Assembly (NCBI GenBank): GCA_903893815.1
Contig: CAITNS010000053.1
Span: forward strand, 129,826-193,825
Reading direction: 5' to 3'
Source: an uncultured Bacteroidota bacterium
Lineage (GTDB): Bacteria; Bacteroidota; Bacteroidia; B-17B0; Aurantibacillaceae
DNA: 64,000 bases
Shown here: piece by piece, positions 31,332 through 41,141 of the stretch
Position numbering within the stretch: position 1 is the stretch's first letter
How the letters are laid out: each line of letters begins with the position of its first letter
Translations under genes and position numbers: made by a program
Notes under the pieces: model-generated
Databases searched by the model: none
The model's input: the letters and a program-made list of their open reading frames with translations, nothing else
What the model was told of the DNA's origin: nothing

Positions 31332-32180
31332 TTAAAAATCAAGTAACGACTTTTTAGTTTTTGCAATTTCACTAGGTATTGCCCAAACATTTGCACTATA
31401 CTTATAATTTCCACACTCAGTTAAAAATTCAGTAACACTTGGAAAAGGCATCTTGGTTTTTTCAGAGTATAAAACATAACCCAATTTTTCAAGCTTTTCT
31501 TTAAGAGTTATAGCATCTGAACCAGCAACAAATAAATTCAGGTTTGCAAACTCCACCAATATAATCGGTGAATTTTTTTTAAAAAATTCTACAGCACCAT
31601 CTACAAAAAATGGTTCATGTCCATCAATATCAATTTTAATGAAATCAATCTTCTCAATATTTTCTTTTTCTAAAATATCATCTAACCGTTGCAATTCAAT
31701 TTCTTCATAATTTGAAGGTGGTGTATTTGGCGTCCAATGAAGTGATGCGCTTGTATTATCCATTCCAATTTTTAATTTACAAGCTTTATCAGAAAGACCA
31801 AAAGGATATATTTTTACGATATCAGAAAAATGATTTGCTTTTACGTGCCACTCTACTTGGCTTCGGTAACCGCTAACAGGTTCAAATGCAAAAATAGCAC
31901 CCGATTTACCAACTTGCTTTGATATAATATTTGTGAAATAGCCAATATTTGCGCCAATATCTAAAACCCTCATTCCAGGCCTAACAATAGACTTTACTAA
32001 TTCCGTTGTTTCTGGTTCAAAAGTTTTTTCAACTGCAATCGTGCGATCAATATATCTATCTAAACACAATTTCCACTTTAGTCCTTGTATTTCAAATTCA
32101 TGCCATCCAGTAGTTGGTATTTTCTTTTTAAATAAGCGAACAAAAAGATTATAAAATTTTAATGTAATTCTTTTAATCAT
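31332..32180 (-). CDS. FkbM family methyltransferase
   Basis: VLDIGANIGYFT and IKIDIDGHEPFF motifs. Confidence 0.8.
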   Translation of the reverse strand: MIKRITLKFYNLFVRLFKKKIPTTGWHEFEIQGLKWKLCLDRYIDRTIAVEKTFEPETTELVKSIVRPGMRVLDIGANIGYFTNIISKQVGKSGAIFAFEPVSGYRSQVEWHVKANHFSDIVKIYPFGLSDKACKLKIGMDNTSASLHWTPNTPPSNYEEIELQRLDDILEKENIEKIDFIKIDIDGHEPFFVDGAVEFFKKNSPIILVEFANLNLFVAGSDAITLKEKLEKLGYVLYSEKTKMPFPSVTEFLTECGNYKYSANVWAIPSEIAKTKKSLLDF

Positions 32181-32212
32181 AAATAGTTAATTTTATTGGT
32201 ATTAAGTAGGTT

Positions 32213-33460
32213 TTAAGTTGTTAGCAGTTTATTATTCCAGTTAATGAAAGGACTTATTTTACTTCTTATAGTATCTCCGGAATAAGCAATATTAATTTTA
32301 TTAGAAGAAGTGATATCAATAGGTATTCTGATTCCCAATTCAGGGGTACACATTTTTACATTATAAATTCCTGCATGAATTCGTATTTCATAACTAACAG
32401 CAGCCAATAAATTTGAAGGAATAGTTGCCGTAGCAACATAATGCCTTGGCATCACAACGGGAATTTCTTCAAGATTTTCATCATTAAAGCTTCTTATTAA
32501 AATATTTTCATCGTTATCACACAAATCAAAATACACTCTTAAGCCAAGGCATTGTTTTAATACTTTGTAATGAATTTCGATTTGAAATGATTCTCCGTTA
32601 AGTAACTGACTTCCTTCTTGCTGGTTTTGTTTAATACAAATATTTTCTAGCTTAAAATCCGAATCAGAAGGAAGGTTATCTATCAACGCTTTTATCTCGC
32701 CATAAGAAGTATTCACAGAGGTTGTTTTTAAATAATTATCTGAAATATCTCTACTTAAGCCATCAGCAACAACTTTACCTCCATGAATCCAAACTATACG
32801 TTTACATAATTGTTGAACAGCTTTCATATTATGGCTTACAAACAAAACGGTTCGTCCTTCGTTTTTACTAACGTCCTCCATCTTACCCATACATTTTTTC
32901 TGAAACTCCGCATCCCCAACTGCTAATACCTCATCAATAATTAAAATCTCATTTTCTAAAAATGCGGCAACAGCAAATGCTAAACGCAATTGCATACCAC
33001 TACTATAATGCTTTAAGGGAGTATCTAAAAATTTCTCCACACCTGCGAAATCAATAATGGCATCAAAGTTTTTTTGAATTTCGGCCCTTTTCATGCCTAA
33101 AATCGAACCATTTAAAAAAATATTTTCTCTTCCGGATAATTCTGCATGAAAACCCGTTCCTACTTCTAATAAGCTAGCTATTCTTCCGCGCGAAATTATT
33201 TTACCCGAAGATGGTGGTGTAATTTTAGACAATATTTTTAACAAAGTTGATTTTCCTGCGCCATTTTTACCAATAATGCCAATACTTTCGCCAGCATTTA
33301 CATTAAAACTAACATCGTTTAATGCGTAAAAATCTTCTGAACTAGACTTACTTTTTTTAAACACAGATACCAAAGAATCCCTTAAACTTAAATAAGGTTG
33401 ATTCTCGTGATGAATACGGAATTTTTTGGATATGTTTTGAATTTCAAGAACTGGCTTCAT
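32213..33460 (-). CDS. wzt: polysaccharide ABC exporter ATP-binding protein (Wzt/TagH-like) with extra C-terminal domain
   Basis: Walker A GKNGAGKST, signature YSSGMQLR, Walker B LIIDEV, plus about 170 additional C-terminal residues (nt 32213-32725). Confidence 0.85.
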   Translation of the reverse strand: MKPVLEIQNISKKFRIHHENQPYLSLRDSLVSVFKKSKSSSEDFYALNDVSFNVNAGESIGIIGKNGAGKSTLLKILSKITPPSSGKIISRGRIASLLEVGTGFHAELSGRENIFLNGSILGMKRAEIQKNFDAIIDFAGVEKFLDTPLKHYSSGMQLRLAFAVAAFLENEILIIDEVLAVGDAEFQKKCMGKMEDVSKNEGRTVLFVSHNMKAVQQLCKRIVWIHGGKVVADGLSRDISDNYLKTTSVNTSYGEIKALIDNLPSDSDFKLENICIKQNQQEGSQLLNGESFQIEIHYKVLKQCLGLRVYFDLCDNDENILIRSFNDENLEEIPVVMPRHYVATATIPSNLLAAVSYEIRIHAGIYNVKMCTPELGIRIPIDITSSNKINIAYSGDTIRSKISPFINWNNKLLTT

Positions 33461-33461
33461 G

Positions 33462-34280
33462 TTAGGCTAAATCCGCAAAATAATTTTCAGTTTTTCTAAA
33501 ATAATACAACCCAATAATGAAACACAAAATTGATGATAAAAGACTGATTAAAATCAAATTCATATCAACTGGAACATCAATTATTCCATGTCTAAATAAA
33601 GTAATTGCCGAATACATGGGATTCAAAGCAACTATATACTTAACCCATTCGTTTGTTAATATAGATATAGGATAGATTACTGGTGTAATAAATAAAAGAG
33701 CCTGCACCAAAAATGGAATCACATATCTAAAATCTCTATATTTAATATTTAAAGCAGCCAATAAAGTTCCCATTCCAAAAGTGGAAACGCTGGTGACAAT
33801 TATACCTAATGGCACATAAATTAAAAAATTAATAAAATTAATATGAAACTGATAATAAATCAGCATACCAATAAATATGAGGAAAGCCATTAAAAAATCG
33901 AAAAGTGATACCAAAACAGAAGATATTGGAATAATTAATCTTGGGAAGTAGATTTTTTTGATAATATTAGCGTTTGAAATCATTCCATTTCCCGCTACAG
34001 TTACACCTACCGAAAAAACATTCCATAAAATAAGACCCGAAAAAACAAATAATGGATAAGGGATATTTTCCGATGGAATATTAAGTCCTTTTCCGAAAAA
34101 AAGAGAAAAAATTACCATCATAAAAAAGGGCTGAAGTATAACCCAAGCAAAACCTAAAGTGGTTTGTTTATATTTAACTTTTACATCACGCCAGGTAAAA
34201 AAATAAAACAACTCTTTATACTGCCATAACTCTCTTAATCCCAAACTAAACTTTTCTTTGGGCTTAATTTCGTACTCCAT
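33462..34280 (-). CDS. wzm: polysaccharide ABC exporter permease (ABC-2 type, Wzm-like)
   Basis: Six hydrophobic helices and an N-terminal ELWQYKELFYFFTWRDVKVKYKQT motif typical of ABC-2 permeases. A 1-nt gap separates it from wzt. Confidence 0.85.
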   Translation of the reverse strand: MEYEIKPKEKFSLGLRELWQYKELFYFFTWRDVKVKYKQTTLGFAWVILQPFFMMVIFSLFFGKGLNIPSENIPYPLFVFSGLILWNVFSVGVTVAGNGMISNANIIKKIYFPRLIIPISSVLVSLFDFLMAFLIFIGMLIYYQFHINFINFLIYVPLGIIVTSVSTFGMGTLLAALNIKYRDFRYVIPFLVQALLFITPVIYPISILTNEWVKYIVALNPMYSAITLFRHGIIDVPVDMNLILISLLSSILCFIIGLYYFRKTENYFADLA

Positions 34281-34367
34281 ATTACATTTTTAATTTCCAA
34301 GTAAAAGTAGTAAATTTAAGGCAGGAAATAGCTTATTTTTTAGAATATATTTAAAAAACAGATTTAA

Positions 34368-37300
34368 ATGAAATTTAACAGTATAATAATTATATTCTTT
34401 TTTTTTATTTACACAAACATAAAATCTCAGGTTACTTTTTTACCTACAAATTTATCGGGTTTATCCTTATGGTTAACGGGCGATAGTGTCAGTTTATCTT
34501 CTGGAAATAGCATTGATACTTGTTATGATCTTTCTCCAAATTTAAATCATGCTTTTCAATCAAATTTATCAACACAACCCGTTTCTTTAAATTCAACTCT
34601 AAATGGCCATAAAGCTATGCAGTTTGACGGAGTGGATGACGTTATTCAATTTACAGGAATTAATAACATAAGAACTGTTTTTTGGGTTGTGAACGAAGAT
34701 GTTAGTGCTACATCAAATTATAGATCTTTATTAGGGACTACATCGGCATCATCAACTATTTACCACTTTTTAAGAGGAGCGAATAAAGAAATATGGGAGT
34801 CTAGTTTTGCTGCTTCCGAAGTTAAATCAGGTATAACAAAGGTTAACTTTTTTCCTGTTAACGGCACATCTACTATTTTGCCTAATAATTATTCAATAAT
34901 ATCATGTGCCACTACTGGAACAGTTAGCGCTGATAACTTTAGCAGCGACAGAAGTATTGCAAATAGGGTATGGCAAGGCAACATGGTTGAATTGATTATT
35001 TATAATCAAGCACTCACTCCAACTGAAGTAATTCAGGTGGAACAATACCTCAACGATAAATACGCTCCTAAAGTGGCATTGCCTGCCGACATAATTCTTA
35101 CTAATACTTTTTGCGATACAACTATTACCACTAATTCTTCGTTTACAAATTATTTGTGGTCAAATGGTTTAACAACGCCTACTATATCTGTTAATCAAAG
35201 TGGTAAATTTTGGGTAAGAGCCACTAATGTTTTTGGCGAAGTTTCAAGCGATACTATCCTTGTTCAATATCCCACAATTGCTCAACCATCAAAAAATTAT
35301 TTTTGCTCAAAAGACACCTTAATTTGGGATACTCAGCTATCAAATTCAGATTTTAGTTTTTTATGGCAAAACAGCAATAGTGATTCCTTAATAAAAATAT
35401 ATCAACCAGGTCCATATTTTGTTACAATCAATGATGGCTTCGGCTGCTCAGTTTCATCAAACACTATTAATATTACCGAAGACACTTTCCCTGTCGATGC
35501 TTCACTTGGGGCAGATACACCATTATGTTCTGGGAATTTTATTACCCTAATTTCTGGGATAAGCCCTGCATTAACTTACACTTGGAGCGATGGATCGAAT
35601 AATGATTCTTTACTGATTACGTCAGGCGGACAGTATTCTGTAGTTGTTACAAATACTAATAACTGCATTGCAAAGGACACCATTAACATTACTTATTTGG
35701 GGCAGGCACCCATTGCAAATTTTACAACCAGCATCGCTTGCGATAATTCAGCAGTTTCATTTACAGATTTATCTACGACTTTTTCGGGAAACACAATTAA
35801 TTCTTATTATTGGGATTTTGGAGATCTATTATCTCTTACATCAAACACATCCTCAGTAAGTAATCCATTTCATACATTTAGCGACACAGGCATTTATACG
35901 GTTTATTTAAAAATAATTACCAATGCTCCTTGCGAACAATCCATTACCAAAACTATTCACATTGCCGAAACTCCTACGGTTAATTTTTCGAGTCAAATTG
36001 CTTGTCAAAATGATAGCATGCTCTTCATTAATCAAAGTTCTAATTCATTAGGCTACTTTACTTCATCATCTTTATGGAATTTCGGAGATGCTGCAAGTGG
36101 CTCAAATACATCAAATTTAATTTCACCAAAGCATTATTATAGCAGTTCGGGTAATTATTTCGTCAAACTCATCACCACAAATAACTTAGGTTGTAAAGAT
36201 TCATTAACAAAATATATAACCGCCATTGATAATACTAATTTTAATTTTCCTGCTACAATTCCTGGTTTAAAACTATGGATTAATGGAGATTGTATTCATA
36301 AAACTTTATCACAAGTGGATACATGTTTTGATTTATCTTCAAATTTTAATCATGCTATACAAACGAATACAACTAAACAGCCTATTTCTATTCCTAATTC
36401 ATTAAATGGGCATAACACTATAAAATTTGATGGCATTGATGATTATGTTCAGTTTAACCAAATTAAAGATATTAGAACTGTTTTTTGGGTAGCCTATGAA
36501 GATACAAATGCAACTTCCAATTATAGATCTCTACTTGGACACACAAGCTATTATAATTTTTTAAGAGGGCAAAATAAGCAAGTTTGGGACAGCGTCAACG
36601 GAAGTTCTAATGTTTTATTAGGTCAAACAAAAATAAATTTTTTCGTTATAAATGGGAAAACTACCATTTTACCAAAAAATTACGCCTTGATCTCTACAGT
36701 GACTACAGACACTGTTAGAGCCGATAATTTTAGTAACGATAGAAACATAACAGACCATTTTTGGCAAGGAAATTTAGCGGAACTGATTATATATAATCAA
36801 GCCCTAAGTCCTACTCAGGTTACACAAGTGGAACAGTATTTGAATGACAAATATGCGCCTGATGTTAAATTACCTGAAGATATAACCGTTACTAATTCGT
36901 TTTGTGATACTACAATTACACCAAACTTTTCATTTGTTGATTACCTATGGTCTAATGGCGCCACAACACCAACTATATCAGTAAATAAAAGTGGGAAATA
37001 TTGGGTTGATGTTATAAATATGTTTGGAAAAACATCATCAGATACGATTTTAGTGACATACCCTGGTAATTTTTTAACTCAAAACTCAGCACTATGTCAA
37101 GGCGATTCTATCATATGGAATACAAACCTTCCTAATAATTCATATACTTTTCAATGGCAAAATAATTCAACAGATTCAACTTTTACTATTACCCAAGGCG
37201 GGCCTTATTATGTAAAAGTAACAGATGGTAATGGATGTTCAGCAACTTCAAATACAATCACAATTACTCAAGATAATTTTCAAACAACGGCCTCACTTGG

Positions 37301-39344
37301 CAACGATACATTTTTATGTTCTGGTAACTCCATAACGCTTACTTCGGGTGGAGCAGCAACGAATAGCTACACCTGGAGCACAGGATCAAATAACGATTCA
37401 CTTCTTATTATTAATGCTGGGCAATACTCTGTCATTGTAACTAACACTAATAATTGTGTTGCAAAAGATACAATAGATATAACCATACAAGGATTTGCTC
37501 CTACGGCAAATTTTTCCTCAAATATTGGTTGTATAAATCAAACAGTATATTTTAATGATTTATCAATTCCACCAAGTGGTAACTCCATTAGTAATTATGA
37601 ATGGGATTTTGGTGATAGTGCATCTCCTACAAATACTTCAACTACTTCAAATCCCTCGCATACGTATTCAAATACGGGAACATATAATGTACACTTAACA
37701 GTAACAACCAATTCAAACTGTGCGCAATCCGTCACAAAAATAATAAATGTGTATCCTGTTCCTACAGCCACATTTGCTATTGGAACCTCTTGCCAAAATG
37801 ATAGTACTGCTTTTTTAAATCAAAGTTCAGGTGCTATTGGTTATTCTGTTACAAATTCATATTGGAATTTTGGTGACGCTAGTTCCACTGCAACCACAAC
37901 GATCATTTCTCCAAAACATATGTATACGAATGCTTCAATCTATACAGTGAAACTTTTAGTAACAAATAGTGTTGGGTGTAAAGATTCTCTATATAAAACA
38001 GTAAATGTTCAATCAGAAGTAAAAGCAAACTTTACAAATGGACCCTCTTGTCTAAATACTACCACTCAATTTCAAAGTACATCCATTATCCCCACGTCTG
38101 GAACACCTACCTATGATTGGAATTTTAGCAATAACGGTAATGCAAATACAGCTGCTCCCATAAAAACTTTCACAAATACAGGAGTGTATTCGGTCACACT
38201 TACCGTAGATGGAAATAATGGTTGTACCTCAACTATTACCAAATTAGTAAATGTGTATCTTTCCCCTATCACAAGTTTTTCGATTCAGGCATTTTGCGCA
38301 AAGGATACAACAAATATTATTAATTTATCGAATCCACAAAGCGGCATTATATCCTCGTATAATTGGAAGCTAAATAACATTACATTTTCATCGGTTCAAA
38401 GCCCAACTCTTTCACTTACAAATCCAGGAAATAATTCTGTGAGATTAACTACCATTAATTCGTTTGGGTGTAAAGATTCAACAACTAATTCTTTAATTGT
38501 ATTTCCTTTACCCGTTGTTGATTTTTCAACAACTCCTACTGCTTTTTATTTCATAAATGAACCTATAAATTTTACACCATCAATTAATAATGCTAGTTCG
38601 TATTTATGGAATATGAATACCACATCAACATATAGCATTCAAAACCCTACAGAAACATTTAACACTGAAGGTTCTTTTAATGTTAGTTTGAATTTGAAGG
38701 ATCAAAATGGCTGTAAGGGCTCCAAAACCAAAAACATTACTATAAACGAACGTTATTTAGATTTAGCCGTTTTAAAGGTAAATACAAACAAAGACAATAA
38801 TGGCTTTATGACTGTGGTTGCCGACATAGCTAACTACGGTTCTGTTCCCATCAATTCATTTAAAATGGGTTATCAAATTAGCGATGGAGGAACTATTAAA
38901 GAAACGTGGAATGGAACTTTAAACCCTAATTCATTTTATACGTTCACATTTAATGCTGAAAGTGCAAGTACACAAAACAGCGTAAACAATATTACCTGTG
39001 TTGAAATTGAAAAAGTAAATACAAGTATTGATGATAATACAACTAACAATTCTTTTTGCAATAGTTTAAATACTAACGATATATATGTTGGTAATCCCCT
39101 ACCTAATCCAACTGACGGTGACATTGTACTTCCCATCACCTTAAATAAAGATATAGATTTTACAATTTCTATCTATAATTCTATTGGAAAAATCCAGTAT
39201 GAAGAAACCACTAAAAAAGGAATTGAAGGATTAAATTTTGTAAAACTCAATACTTCATCATATGCGCGTGGTGCTTATATCATTAAATTAATGATTGATG
39301 AAAAAATATTTATCAAGAAATTTATAAAAATTAGTTACGAATAA
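34368..39344 (+). CDS. large T9SS-secreted LamG / Ig-like / PKD / CARDB-like multidomain protein
   Basis: Signal peptide MKFNSIIIIFFFFIYTNIKSQ and two LamG-like modules. Cys-containing Ig-like repeats (YLWSNGxTTPTISVNxSGKYWV) and multiple PKD-like repeats (WxFGD...NPxHxY...GxYxVxL) are present. A CARDB-like segment lies near 38750-39060, and a C-terminal T9SS type-A sorting-domain-like tail (ARGAYIIKLMIDEKIFIKKFIKISYE) follows. Confidence 0.85.
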   Translation: MKFNSIIIIFFFFIYTNIKSQVTFLPTNLSGLSLWLTGDSVSLSSGNSIDTCYDLSPNLNHAFQSNLSTQPVSLNSTLNGHKAMQFDGVDDVIQFTGINNIRTVFWVVNEDVSATSNYRSLLGTTSASSTIYHFLRGANKEIWESSFAASEVKSGITKVNFFPVNGTSTILPNNYSIISCATTGTVSADNFSSDRSIANRVWQGNMVELIIYNQALTPTEVIQVEQYLNDKYAPKVALPADIILTNTFCDTTITTNSSFTNYLWSNGLTTPTISVNQSGKFWVRATNVFGEVSSDTILVQYPTIAQPSKNYFCSKDTLIWDTQLSNSDFSFLWQNSNSDSLIKIYQPGPYFVTINDGFGCSVSSNTINITEDTFPVDASLGADTPLCSGNFITLISGISPALTYTWSDGSNNDSLLITSGGQYSVVVTNTNNCIAKDTINITYLGQAPIANFTTSIACDNSAVSFTDLSTTFSGNTINSYYWDFGDLLSLTSNTSSVSNPFHTFSDTGIYTVYLKIITNAPCEQSITKTIHIAETPTVNFSSQIACQNDSMLFINQSSNSLGYFTSSSLWNFGDAASGSNTSNLISPKHYYSSSGNYFVKLITTNNLGCKDSLTKYITAIDNTNFNFPATIPGLKLWINGDCIHKTLSQVDTCFDLSSNFNHAIQTNTTKQPISIPNSLNGHNTIKFDGIDDYVQFNQIKDIRTVFWVAYEDTNATSNYRSLLGHTSYYNFLRGQNKQVWDSVNGSSNVLLGQTKINFFVINGKTTILPKNYALISTVTTDTVRADNFSNDRNITDHFWQGNLAELIIYNQALSPTQVTQVEQYLNDKYAPDVKLPEDITVTNSFCDTTITPNFSFVDYLWSNGATTPTISVNKSGKYWVDVINMFGKTSSDTILVTYPGNFLTQNSALCQGDSIIWNTNLPNNSYTFQWQNNSTDSTFTITQGGPYYVKVTDGNGCSATSNTITITQDNFQTTASLGNDTFLCSGNSITLTSGGAATNSYTWSTGSNNDSLLIINAGQYSVIVTNTNNCVAKDTIDITIQGFAPTANFSSNIGCINQTVYFNDLSIPPSGNSISNYEWDFGDSASPTNTSTTSNPSHTYSNTGTYNVHLTVTTNSNCAQSVTKIINVYPVPTATFAIGTSCQNDSTAFLNQSSGAIGYSVTNSYWNFGDASSTATTTIISPKHMYTNASIYTVKLLVTNSVGCKDSLYKTVNVQSEVKANFTNGPSCLNTTTQFQSTSIIPTSGTPTYDWNFSNNGNANTAAPIKTFTNTGVYSVTLTVDGNNGCTSTITKLVNVYLSPITSFSIQAFCAKDTTNIINLSNPQSGIISSYNWKLNNITFSSVQSPTLSLTNPGNNSVRLTTINSFGCKDSTTNSLIVFPLPVVDFSTTPTAFYFINEPINFTPSINNASSYLWNMNTTSTYSIQNPTETFNTEGSFNVSLNLKDQNGCKGSKTKNITINERYLDLAVLKVNTNKDNNGFMTVVADIANYGSVPINSFKMGYQISDGGTIKETWNGTLNPNSFYTFTFNAESASTQNSVNNITCVEIEKVNTSIDDNTTNNSFCNSLNTNDIYVGNPLPNPTDGDIVLPITLNKDIDFTISIYNSIGKIQYEETTKKGIEGLNFVKLNTSSYARGAYIIKLMIDEKIFIKKFIKISYE
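34431..38010 (+). repeat. intragenic tandem duplication, two ~1.8-kb modules (34431-36235 and 36236-38010)
   Basis: Each module encodes LamG-like + Ig-like x3 + PKD x2 in the same order. The protein segments are colinear, for example FDGVDDVIQFTGINNIRTVFWVVNED vs FDGIDDYVQFNQIKDIRTVFWVAYED, and ELIIYNQALTPTEVIQVEQYLNDKYAP vs ELIIYNQALSPTQVTQVEQYLNDKYAP. Confidence 0.85.
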
Positions 39345-39345
39345 C

Positions 39346-40479
39346 CTATTTCGATTTATAAAAGTCAAGTATTGAATTAATCACCACACTTTGTTCTTTG
39401 TACTTTAAATCATAAAACAAAGGTAATCTCACTAAACAATTCGTGTACTTATCTGCATTCTCTAAAACAACATCTGCATTTTGTTTTTTATAAAATGGGC
39501 TACTATGCAACGATATATAATGAAATACAGCCAAAATACCATCCTGTTTTAGTTTATTAATTAAAGCTGTTCTTTCTTTTATCGAACTACAAATAATATA
39601 GAATATATGAGCATTATTTGTAGCATAGTTTGGAATTTTTGGTAAAGCTATCTTTCCAGATTTCTCAAGTATTAAAAGCTCTTCATTATACCTTTTCCAA
39701 ATACCTAGTCTTTTTTTCTGAATTAATTCTATGTTTTCTAATTGAGCAAACAAAAAAGCAGCCGTTAATTCGGATGGTAAAAAAGAAGAGCCAATGTCAA
39801 CCCAATCATACTTATCTATTTCTCCTCTAAAAAACTGAGATCTATTAGTTCCTTTTTCTCGAATGATTTCAGCACGCTTTATAAAACGTTCATCGTTTAT
39901 AACTAGCATTCCTCCTTCTCCAGAAATAATATTCTTGGTTTCGTGAAACGAAAATGCACCCAAGTGTCCTATACTGCCTAAAGGTTTTTGTTTATGAAAG
40001 CTATCAATAGATTGAGCCGCATCTTCAATGACTAATAAATTGTGCTTTTTTGCGATATCCATAACCGCATCCATATCACAAGCAATACCTGCATAATGAA
40101 CCACTACAATAGCCTTAGTTTTAAAGGTAATTAAAGATTCAATGGTATCTGCATCAATATTAGGATTAATAGAATTACTGTCTGTAAAAACAATTTTAGC
40201 TCCTCTCAAAACAAAAGCATTTGCTGTTGAAACAAAAGTATACGATGGCATAATGATTTCATCTCCTGCTTTTGTGTCAATTAAAATAGCAGCCATTTCT
40301 AAAGCATCGGTACAAGAAGTCGTTAATAATACTTTCTTAAAACCATATCGCTTCTCAAAAAAATCATGACATTTTTCAGTAAACATACCATCACCTGATA
40401 TTTTCCCAGACTTTACGGCCTGAGAAATGTACTTGGTTTCATTTCCAATAAAAAAAGGTTTATTGAATGGTATCTTCAT
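39346..40479 (-). CDS. wecE: dTDP-4-amino-4,6-dideoxygalactose transaminase (WecE/DegT family)
   Basis: Strong resemblance to WecE throughout: PSYTFVSTANAFVLRGAKIVF, FSFHETKN (PLP lysine), REKGTNRSQFFRGEIDKY. Confidence 0.85.
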   Translation of the reverse strand: MKIPFNKPFFIGNETKYISQAVKSGKISGDGMFTEKCHDFFEKRYGFKKVLLTTSCTDALEMAAILIDTKAGDEIIMPSYTFVSTANAFVLRGAKIVFTDSNSINPNIDADTIESLITFKTKAIVVVHYAGIACDMDAVMDIAKKHNLLVIEDAAQSIDSFHKQKPLGSIGHLGAFSFHETKNIISGEGGMLVINDERFIKRAEIIREKGTNRSQFFRGEIDKYDWVDIGSSFLPSELTAAFLFAQLENIELIQKKRLGIWKRYNEELLILEKSGKIALPKIPNYATNNAHIFYIICSSIKERTALINKLKQDGILAVFHYISLHSSPFYKKQNADVVLENADKYTNCLVRLPLFYDLKYKEQSVVINSILDFYKSK

Positions 40480-40562
40480 AAAAATTAAATCCTAAATTTA
40501 AATTTACAAATTATATTTTTAGTAATTAAAATTAAAACGAAACAATATTATATACTCGCACT

Positions 40563-41141
40563 ATGACAAAACTCATTTTCGCCACTCATAATAAAAACAA
40601 GTTAAAAGAAGTTAGAAGTTTAATTCCTAGCAGCATTGAATTATTGAGTCTTGATGACATTAATTTATTAGAAGAAATAGAAGAAACCGCTGCAACCATT
40701 GAAGGTAATGCAATATTAAAAGCTCAAACCATTTACAATCAAACGGGAATTAACTGTTTTGCGGACGATAGTGGTTTACTGGTTGATGCCTTAAATGGAG
40801 CGCCTGGTGTTTATTCGGCCAGATATGCTGGCGAACATAAAAATGATAGTGATAATTTGGAAAAGCTATTAAATGAATTAGGCAAAAACGATAACAGAAA
40901 TGCTCACTTTAAAACCGTGATGGCTTTAATTATTGATGGCAAAGAATATTTGTTTGAAGGTATTATCAATGGAACAATCACCACTCAAAAATCAGGTGCT
41001 AATGGTTTTGGTTACGACCCTATTTTTTTACCAAATGGTTATACTGAAACATTTGCTGAAATGAGTTCAGAGATAAAAAATGTAATTTCGCACAGAGCAA
41101 AAGCGATGAAACAATTAGTTGAATTTGTCAATTCACTTTAG
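40563..41141 (+). CDS. rdgB: non-canonical purine NTP pyrophosphatase RdgB/HAM1
   Basis: IFATHNKNKLKE, DDSGL and FGYDPIF motifs. Confidence 0.9.
   Translation: MTKLIFATHNKNKLKEVRSLIPSSIELLSLDDINLLEEIEETAATIEGNAILKAQTIYNQTGINCFADDSGLLVDALNGAPGVYSARYAGEHKNDSDNLEKLLNELGKNDNRNAHFKTVMALIIDGKEYLFEGIINGTITTQKSGANGFGYDPIFLPNGYTETFAEMSSEIKNVISHRAKAMKQLVEFVNSL

Noticed and set aside
34281-34367. Divergent promoter elements in the 87-bp wzm / T9SS-protein spacer (TATATTTA, TAAATTTA).
   Set aside because: All candidates lack the terminal G of the -7 consensus, and the spacer is almost pure A/T, so matches are expected by chance.
35600-38700. Periodic sequence similarity that could be mistaken for a DNA repeat array or CRISPR.
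   Set aside because: The periodicity is about 250-270 bp and corresponds to PKD/Ig-like protein domains within one continuous ORF. There are no short identical direct repeats with unique spacers and no cas genes.
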